Assembly: GCA_012729855.1 (NCBI GenBank)
Contig: JAAYCI010000097.1
Coordinates: 12,101 to 76,100, forward strand
Direction: 5' to 3'
Source of the DNA: Oscillospiraceae bacterium
GTDB taxonomy: Bacteria; Bacillota; Clostridia; Oscillospirales; Ruminococcaceae
DNA: 64,000 bases
This document shows positions 1-6,404 of the stretch, piece by piece; position 1 is the stretch's first letter; each line of letters starts with the position of its first letter. The translations under genes were made by a program, and so were the position numbers. The notes under the pieces were generated by a model. It made no database searches, was not told the DNA's origin, and was given only the letters and a program-made list of their open reading frames with translations.

Positions 1-251
1 CCCTCAGAGCAGATCAATTGATGGTGGAGCGCTTCAGCGCCGAGCCAATATAGACACAAGGCGGCCTTGGTTCGTTTTGGCCAGCGATGGATATGCTCCC
101 TTGAGTGGATTGGCTCTGGGCATTATTTCAAGGCAGGGCGCCACACGCGGCGGCAGGCCGCCCGGGCGGGGCAGCCCCATGCCGCTGCTGCTTTTTGCGG
201 CCATGGTGGCGCCACAGCCGGTGTTGCTCTTTTTAGTATAGGCAGAAACGG

Positions 252-287
252 GCAAAAAAACAAGGCGGGTACAAAAATGTACCCGCC
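252..287 (-). terminator. Rho-independent terminator downstream of the ferredoxin gene
   Basis: GGCGGGTAC / GTACCCGCC stem (264-287). An A-run at 254-260 on the plus strand gives a T-run after the hairpin on the minus strand. Confidence 0.7.
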
Positions 288-334
288 TGCCACTGTGTGG
301 TTGCAGAACAACCCGGCCAAGCAGGGCCCGGGGC

Positions 335-505
335 TTAGCCCTGGGAAATGGCCTCCACCGGGCAAACGCCCTCGCAGGCGCCGCAATCGATGCAGGTGTT
401 TGCGTCGATCACATACTGTTCGCCGCCATTGGAAATGGCGCTGGTGGGGCACTCGCCTTCGCAGGCGCCGCAGGAAATGCACTCGGAACTGATAACGTAA
501 GCCAT
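335..505 (-). CDS. 2x[4Fe-4S] clostridial-type ferredoxin (56 aa; below the ORF-track length cutoff)
   Basis: Hand translation gives MAYVISSECISCGACEGECPTSAISNGGEQYVIDANTCIDCGACEGVCPVEAISQG, with two CxxCxxCxxxCP motifs. An AAGGAGAG Shine-Dalgarno (SD) sequence lies upstream of the ATG. Confidence 0.9.
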   Translation of the reverse strand: MAYVISSECISCGACEGECPTSAISNGGEQYVIDANTCIDCGACEGVCPVEAISQG

Positions 506-695
506 ACTGTAACTCTCCTTAATATCTACATCTTTTATCGGGCGGCCCCATGGCTGCCCGATAATTATATGTCATCATTTTAACAATGGATTTCGACTTG
601 GTCAAGGCTAACTTTGCCGGCCGGCGCAGGATGTGCCGTGCCTGCCGCATTTTGGCATGGCCAGGCAAGAAAAGCCGGTGCAGGGTGGTATCCCC

Positions 696-1571
696 TCATT
701 CAGGCACCTCGGCCTTTTCCGCCTGCTGGTTTTTGGCGGCCCGCTTGGGCGGGCGCTTGCCGCCGCGAATGTACTCACACTCGTCGCGGTGGAAATATTT
801 GGGCAGCAGCTCGGTGGGTTTGTCCAGCCGCACCCGCAGCATGCCGCTGATGAGGTTCACCTCGGTAACGGTGCCGGTGCCCTCGGGGGTGTTCACCACG
901 CTGCTCAGCGGAGGGGTCACGTCGGCCAGGTGCTCGTAGGCGTTTTGCTCGTAGGCCAGGCAGCACATCAGGCGGCCGCAGCTGCCCGAGATTTTGGTGG
1001 GGTTCAGCGAAAGGCCCTGCTCCTTGGCCATGCGGATGGACACCGGCTGGAAGTTTTTTAAAAACCGGCTGCAGCAGAAGGGCTGCCCGCAGATGCCCAG
1101 GCCCCCCAGCATTTTGGATTCGTCCCGCACGCCGATTTGCCGCAGCTCTATGCGGGTGCGGAAGACGCTGGCCAGGTCTTTTACCAGCTCGCGAAAGTCC
1201 ACCCGGCCGTCGGCGGTGAAGTAGAAGAGAATCTTATTGCGGGTGTAGGTATACTCCACGTCGATGAGCTTCATGGGCAGCTTGTGCTTTTCAATCTTTT
1301 CCTCGCAAACGGTGAAGGCCTGCTTTTCGTCGGCGCGGTTCTGGCGCATGCGGCGCACGTCGGCGTCATCGGCCAGGCGCACCACGGGCTTCAGCTCCTT
1401 AGCCACGGCGGAGTCGGGCACCGCGTGCACGCCCTGGGTCACCTCACCGCATTCGGTGCCGCGGCTGGTCTCCACCATCACATAGTTGCCGGTATCCACG
1501 GCCAGGGCGCCGGGGTCAAAATAATAGGTTTTTCCGGTGGGGCGAAACCGGACACTGATGATTCTTTTCAT
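696..1571 (-). CDS. ricT: PSP1 domain protein, YaaT/RicT-like
   Basis: Full-length ORF. It has a PSP1-type core and a Cys-rich GICGQPFCCSRFL...CGRLMCCLAYEQ signature. It sits next to holB, as in the B. subtilis yaaQ-yaaR-holB-yaaT block. Confidence 0.88.
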   Translation of the reverse strand: MKRIISVRFRPTGKTYYFDPGALAVDTGNYVMVETSRGTECGEVTQGVHAVPDSAVAKELKPVVRLADDADVRRMRQNRADEKQAFTVCEEKIEKHKLPMKLIDVEYTYTRNKILFYFTADGRVDFRELVKDLASVFRTRIELRQIGVRDESKMLGGLGICGQPFCCSRFLKNFQPVSIRMAKEQGLSLNPTKISGSCGRLMCCLAYEQNAYEHLADVTPPLSSVVNTPEGTGTVTEVNLISGMLRVRLDKPTELLPKYFHRDECEYIRGGKRPPKRAAKNQQAEKAEVPE

Positions 1572-1624
1572 ATATGGCTATCCTAACTGTATATATTAAT
1601 TATGATTTTAAATATCGTATAACA

Positions 1625-2569
1625 TTATTGAGCGCCCGCACGCGCCATTTGCACCACCAGCCCGGTAAAGACGATTTTGGGCGCAGCATTGCCCCGCAGC
1701 GCCAGGCGGGCCTCGGCCAGGGGGGGCAGCAGCAGGGCGGCGGCCGCGGGCGGCAGGGCGGGCAGGCCGGGCGCCGCCTCCATGCGCAGGGCGGCGTCCA
1801 GCACGCCGGCAAGGTCGGCCAGCAGGGCCTCGCGGCGTTCGCGGTCGCCGTCGGCGCGGCCCTCGTAGCCGGCCAGCAGCGCGGCCAGGGCGTAGCTGTC
1901 CCGGCGGGCGGCGGCGTTCGCGGTGGCTATGGCGTCCTGCGCAACGGCCAGGCGGGCAGGGTCCTGCAACGCGCGCAGGCCAAGGCCGGCGCGGCCATTA
2001 TACAGCACCGCAAGCAGCCGGGGCAGGGTGGCGTCGGCCCCGGGGGGCATCGCCTTTTGCAGAATGGCCTCGCAGGCATCCAGCGACACCGGCGCCAGTG
2101 GGTAAAGCGCGCAGCGGCTGGCCACCGTGGCAGGCAGGGCCGCGGCGTCCCGCGCCGTGAGGATGAACAGCACCTCGGACGGCGGCTCCTCCAGCACCTT
2201 CAGCAGGGCGTTGGCAGCGGGGGCGGCCATGTTGTGGGCGTCTTTTATCAGCACCACCCGGCCGGCCTCGCCCAGCGCCGAGCGGTGCACCTCGGTGCGG
2301 ATGGCCCGCACCTTTTCCACCGGGATCTGCCCGCTTTTGCCCTCGCCGGCCACGGTGAGCACGTCGGGGCTTTCGCCGCGCATGATGGCGTCGGCGGCGG
2401 GGCCGCCGGCGGGGAAGAGGCGGTCGGCCGCAAGGCTGCGCGCCGCAAAGTTACGGCCGCAGCCGTTGGAGCCGGCCAGCAGCACGGCGTGGGGCAGCGT
2501 GCCCGCCCTAAGGGCCGTTTGCAGCGCGGCCACCACCTGGCGGTTCCCAGCAAATGTATCCAGCATCAT
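1625..2569 (-). CDS. holB: DNA polymerase III delta-prime subunit
   Basis: The N-terminus MMLDTFAGNRQVVAALQ...LPHAVLLAGSNGCGR is AAA+ clamp-loader-like, and synteny with ricT and darA supports the call. Start set at the internal Met pair; the track ORF extends to 2629. Confidence 0.85.
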   Translation of the reverse strand: MMLDTFAGNRQVVAALQTALRAGTLPHAVLLAGSNGCGRNFAARSLAADRLFPAGGPAADAIMRGESPDVLTVAGEGKSGQIPVEKVRAIRTEVHRSALGEAGRVVLIKDAHNMAAPAANALLKVLEEPPSEVLFILTARDAAALPATVASRCALYPLAPVSLDACEAILQKAMPPGADATLPRLLAVLYNGRAGLGLRALQDPARLAVAQDAIATANAAARRDSYALAALLAGYEGRADGDRERREALLADLAGVLDAALRMEAAPGLPALPPAAAALLLPPLAEARLALRGNAAPKIVFTGLVVQMARAGAQ

Positions 2570-2642
2570 TGGCGAAATACCGCACCTTTTCTTCCAAGGC
2601 AAACCCGTACAAGGCGGTGCGGCTGGCACACCGAGGCATGTT

Positions 2643-2820
2643 TATACTAAAACCACTTCAAAACCGATACGGTTTTGAAGCCGCGCGAGAGAATCGCGCG
2701 GAACCGCCCGAAGGGCGGTTTGGTTGCCGTTCATAGTCAAACGCACACCCGCAGGGTGTGCCGGCAGGCTTCGCCTGCCGTCTTGAAAACCGTTTCGGTT
2801 TTCAAGTGGTTTGACTATAT
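2643..2820 (+). repeat. Hairpin-rich MITE-like element, copy A (full length, about 178 bp including TA flanks)
   Basis: Nearly identical to copy D (30355-30532). Termini are TATACTAAAACCACTTCAAAACCG ... CGGTTTTCAAGTGGTTTGACTATA. Each end is itself a hairpin, and several GC-rich hairpins lie inside. Confidence 0.85.
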
Positions 2821-2939
2821 TTGGCAAGCTGCCTGAAAAGCGCACAGAACACCAGGGGCATCCCCGGGCTTGTTTACACCGGTATGCCGGAGAAAAGCCC
2901 CGAAACGCCGGCTGCGATGCTTTGTGCGGGTTGCTTTTG

Positions 2940-3263
2940 CTATACTTTCTCGAAACGCTCTACGTTGGTAACAAAAATGGTGGCGCCGCCCACAGTGACC
3001 TCCAGCGGAAAAGCGGTGGTGACCCCCACGCCATAGCTGGCGGTGCTGGGCACCATCTCGGTGCGCTGGCTGGAGTGCTCGGAGATGATATCGATGCACT
3101 CGTTCACGCGGTCATCCTCGGTGCCGATGAGCATGGTGACGTTGCCGGCCATGAGAAAACCACCGGTGGTGGACAGGCGGGTAACATTGAAACCGGCCTT
3201 GATAAGCTCTTGGCTGACGTGCTTGGAATCTTCCTTATTGACGATGGCGGTGATCAGTTTCAT
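2940..3263 (-). CDS. darA: Cyclic-di-AMP receptor, PII-like (DarA/YaaQ)
   Basis: MKLITAIVNKEDS...TRLSTTGGFL..GN.T...G.ED.RV...VGGATIFV closely parallels B. subtilis DarA. An AAGGAGG SD is present. Confidence 0.9.
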   Translation of the reverse strand: MKLITAIVNKEDSKHVSQELIKAGFNVTRLSTTGGFLMAGNVTMLIGTEDDRVNECIDIISEHSSQRTEMVPSTASYGVGVTTAFPLEVTVGGATIFVTNVERFEKV

Positions 3264-3276
3264 GGCAAACCCTCCT

Positions 3277-3450
3277 TATGCTGGAACCCATTCAAAACCA
3301 ATACGGCTTTGAAGCCGCGCATAACAGGTGCGCGGAAATCGCCTTGGGGCAATTGGTTCGCCGTTCATAGTGAACCGCACACCTGCAGGGTGTGCCGGCA
3401 AGCAAAGCCTGCTGCCTTGAAAACTGCGTTTTTAAGGGGTTCAACTATAT
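3277..3450 (+). repeat. Hairpin-rich MITE-like element, copy B (diverged full-length copy)
   Basis: Same architecture and conserved blocks as copy A (TATGCTGGAACCCATTCAAAACC ... GTTCATAGTGAACCGCACACCTGCAGGGTGTG ... CAACTATA). TA dinucleotides flank both ends. Confidence 0.8.
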
Positions 3451-3513
3451 CGCTGTAAAACAGGCCGGAGCCCAAGGGGACAAACCCGCCTGGGGAGCGT
3501 CTCCGGGTTTATT

Positions 3514-4857
3514 TTATTTTACCACATCCACAGCCAAAATACCACCGCTGGCCAGGGCGGCCACTTCGGCCGGGCCAATGGCTTCGCCCGGCAGCACCAC
3601 CGGCACGCCGGGCGGGCAGGGGGCATGCAGCCCGGCCATCACCCGGCCGGCGGCGGCGGCCAGGGGCAGGCGTTCCCTTGGGGCAAACAGGGCCTGCCGG
3701 GTGGTGCACACCTGCCGGGGCAGGGGCGGGGCAGCCGTATTCGCAGTATTTTTCGTCTCTGCACTATAGTCTTGAAAAGACATGATATTTTTATCATATT
3801 GACCTGATATGTGCAATATTTGCTTTAACGTTGCTTCCAATATATCAAAATCTGCTGTGGTGTTCCAGGGCGAGGCCATCAGCACCAGGGTGCTGCCGTC
3901 GGCGTATTCAGGCGCGAGGTTGGCCGCTGCCAAACCGGCTAAAACATCGGCGTAAGCCAGCCCGGCAGCTGCCGGGCGCAGGCAGAGGCGCAGGGGGTCG
4001 TCGCACAGGGCGGCAAGGCCGGGCGCGGCCTCTGCTATGCGGCCAAGGCGGGCGGCCACGGCGTCAAAATTGGGCGGGGCGGCCAGCAGCAGGCCGGCGG
4101 CCAGGTCCAGGCTTTCCAGCACCAGGTAGCTGGGGCTGGTGCTGCTGTAGAGGTTCAGCGCCTCGCGAGCGGGGCCGGCCAGCGCGGCATCGCGCAGGTG
4201 CAGCAGGGCCGCGGGCGTGAGGCAGGGCAGGGTTTTGTGGGCGGAGTCGGCCGTGGCGTGGGCGCCCAATGTAAGCGGATGGCAGTTGGGTGTTACAAAG
4301 CGCAGGTGGGCGCCGTGGGCGTTGTCCACCAAGAGGGCCGCGCCGTGCTTTTGGCAGGCGGCGGCTATGGCGGGCACGTCGGCCATGCGGCCATAGTAGT
4401 CGGGGCTGGTGATGTACACCGCTTTGGCCCGGCTTTGGGCCAGCGCGGCGTCTACATCGGCTGGAGCGGGGCGCCCGTTTTGCAGCGGCACCCAGTGGGG
4501 GGTGATATCCAGCAGGGCCAACGCCCGCACGGCGGCCACATGGCAGCCCCGGGCCATCACCACGCTGCCGGCAGCCCCCACAAACAGGGTGAGCATGGCC
4601 TGGATACAGCTGGTGCTGCCCGACGCTGAATACAGCGTGGCGCCGCTGCCGTAAGCCTTGGCCATGTTGCGCTGGCTTTCGGCTAGCGGGCCGCTGGGGC
4701 AGCTCAAGTCGTCGGCACCGTCTATCTCGGTGAGGTCGTAGGGCAGCAGGGGGCCAAACGGCCCAATGGCCGCCGGGTTGCCCTTGTGCCCCGGCACAAA
4801 AAAGCGGAGGTGGCGGGCAGCCAGGGCGGCCATGGCGTCAAAAAACGGGGTTTGCAT
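3514..4857 (-). CDS. Orn/Lys/Arg decarboxylase family protein (PLP-dependent, YaaO-like)
   Basis: Motifs FFVPGHKGN and DSAHKTLP (PLP lysine), plus synteny with darA and holB. Start set at ATG 4857, 7 nt after the upstream stop; the track ORF begins at a TTG at 4905. Confidence 0.8.
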   Translation of the reverse strand: MQTPFFDAMAALAARHLRFFVPGHKGNPAAIGPFGPLLPYDLTEIDGADDLSCPSGPLAESQRNMAKAYGSGATLYSASGSTSCIQAMLTLFVGAAGSVVMARGCHVAAVRALALLDITPHWVPLQNGRPAPADVDAALAQSRAKAVYITSPDYYGRMADVPAIAAACQKHGAALLVDNAHGAHLRFVTPNCHPLTLGAHATADSAHKTLPCLTPAALLHLRDAALAGPAREALNLYSSTSPSYLVLESLDLAAGLLLAAPPNFDAVAARLGRIAEAAPGLAALCDDPLRLCLRPAAAGLAYADVLAGLAAANLAPEYADGSTLVLMASPWNTTADFDILEATLKQILHISGQYDKNIMSFQDYSAETKNTANTAAPPLPRQVCTTRQALFAPRERLPLAAAAGRVMAGLHAPCPPGVPVVLPGEAIGPAEVAALASGGILAVDVVK

Positions 4858-4864
4858 AGGTTGT

Positions 4865-5545
4865 TTACCGGTTGCGGTTGCGCCAGTTGCGCTTGTTTTG
4901 GGCAATGCGCATCTGGTTGCGTATCTCGTCTATCAGCGTGCGGCCAAAGAAGAGGAAGTAGTTGAGCAGCGAGAACGCCAGCGACACCAGGCTGTACAGC
5001 CCCGCCAGGGGCGCGGTGATAAAGGTAATGATGAGCTGGATGGCCATGAGCGCGGCGTAGGCCAGGGCCATCCACTTGGCCTTGATGGGGATGATGAAGA
5101 ACAGCCGGAAGGTGGTGTCGGGCGCGATGGTGGCAAACGCCAGGAACAGCGAGAGGTTCAGGTAGCTGTTGGTGCCGTAGCCAACGATGAACATGGCCAG
5201 CCACGTGCCCACAATGCCAAACAGGTAGTAGATGTTCAGCCGGAAGCCGCCCCAGTAGGTTTCCAGCATATTGCCCATTATATAGTAGAAATAGAGTGAG
5301 ATGAGCAATAGAAAAGCGTTGCCGCCGGGCGGCACAAAGACAAAGGTGATGAGCCGCCACACCTGGCCATGTAAAATAGCGTCACGGCTTAGCATAAGGT
5401 AGGTGGAGGGAAGGGGACTCATGCCTGCCGACGCGCCGAACACATCGGCCAGGTACACCACCACCATGCCTATGACTACAATCAGCATCAGCCGGCGGAT
5501 ATAGCGCCGCCCGTATTTATATTCCAGCTTATAGAGCCATTTCAT
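4865..5545 (-). CDS. Rhomboid-like polytopic membrane protein with no obvious GxSG catalytic motif
   Basis: GQVWRLITFVF motif and about 6 hydrophobic segments. I could not find the catalytic Ser/His motifs, so the protein may be inactive. Confidence 0.5.
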   Translation of the reverse strand: MKWLYKLEYKYGRRYIRRLMLIVVIGMVVVYLADVFGASAGMSPLPSTYLMLSRDAILHGQVWRLITFVFVPPGGNAFLLLISLYFYYIMGNMLETYWGGFRLNIYYLFGIVGTWLAMFIVGYGTNSYLNLSLFLAFATIAPDTTFRLFFIIPIKAKWMALAYAALMAIQLIITFITAPLAGLYSLVSLAFSLLNYFLFFGRTLIDEIRNQMRIAQNKRNWRNRNR

Positions 5546-5758
5546 TGGCTTGCCTCCCTGTGGGCGCGGCGCGCCCCATTTATCCCCGGCCGCCGCCCTT
5601 TACCAGGGGCCTGCGGCTTACGAACCATCATAGCATAAGCATATCGCCCAAAAGTGTCCAAACCGTGAATCCAGCGCAGGTTTACAGCGCATGCGGCCTG
5701 CCGCCGGGCACACGATTACCGCCGTTTGCCACAAGGCGCAACCTGACGATGAAACCAG

Positions 5759-5811
5759 TATACAGTCAAACCACTTGAAAACCGAAACGGTTTTGAAGTG
5801 GTTTTAGTATA
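5759..5811 (-). repeat. MITE-like element, copy C (53-bp internally deleted mini form, inverted orientation)
   Basis: TATACAGTCAAACCACTTGAAAACCGAAACGGTTTTGAAGTGGTTTTAGTATA equals the right end joined to the left end of the full-length element. It forms one long hairpin. Confidence 0.8.
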
Positions 5812-6340
5812 ACAGAGGAAAACCCACACTTACAAGGGCTTGTGCCTTGCAGGTGTGGGGCAACCTGTTCTTTCAATATTGTTGGGGTATTGCAGCACCA
5901 GCCCATGCTGCCGGCGGCGGCACACACCATGCGGGCACCGGCGGCCGCATGGTGTGTGCAGTGTGCAGGCAGCTTTTGGCAGATGAAAGACCGCCCATTC
6001 AACAATCAGTTGACGCGGCTTTTCGAAGCTTTATACACGGAAACTTCACAAAAGGGGGTGGCTCCGGGACTTTTTAACACTTTCAACAGGGTTTTCAACA
6101 ATGCGTTTTTGGCCTCGCCCTATACCTGCCGTAATATGCAAGGGGAAACGGTCTATATTATGAAAAATTTTTCAATGAAAATCTTGGCTAAAGTGCTGAA
6201 AGGTCAACGGGCGCTTGACAAAAGATGGGGATGGGGTGTTGTTGCCAGCGGGGCGGCGCGGAATTGGCGATAGAGCGTTTTGTGCGGCGGGCGGCTTTGT
6301 GGCTTTGGCGCGGGGCGGTGTTGCAGGAACTGTGCCTGAC

Positions 6341-6371
6341 CCAAACAAACGGCTGGTGAGGGGCTCTCACC
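6341..6371 (-). terminator. Putative terminator downstream of nrdJ
   Basis: GGTGAG / CTCACC stem at 6355-6371, followed on the minus strand by GTTTGTTTGG. Confidence 0.45.
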
Positions 6372-6404
6372 CATGCCTCGCTCACTCCGTTCGCTCTTCG
6401 GGCC

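Noticed and set aside
34-492. Track ORFs 34-255(-), 67-492(+) and 123-482(-) at the left edge
   Set aside because: They overlap a textbook 56-aa 2x[4Fe-4S] ferredoxin gene (335-505, minus strand) and its terminator. Their translations are Arg/Pro/Gly-rich wrong-frame products.
2643-2820. The repeat family as a riboswitch, tRNA-like gene or CRISPR repeat
   Set aside because: Copies sit in unrelated gene contexts and in both orientations relative to neighbouring genes. They have no cloverleaf and no spacer array, and a deletion derivative keeps only the termini. These facts favour a mobile or REP-like element over a cis-regulatory aptamer.
5842-6273. 143-aa ORF in the rhomboid-nrdJ gap
   Set aside because: It has no SD and no recognisable motifs. 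The first half has a Cys/Ala/Arg-rich composition typical of a random GC-rich frame, and the ORF spans two strong hairpins.
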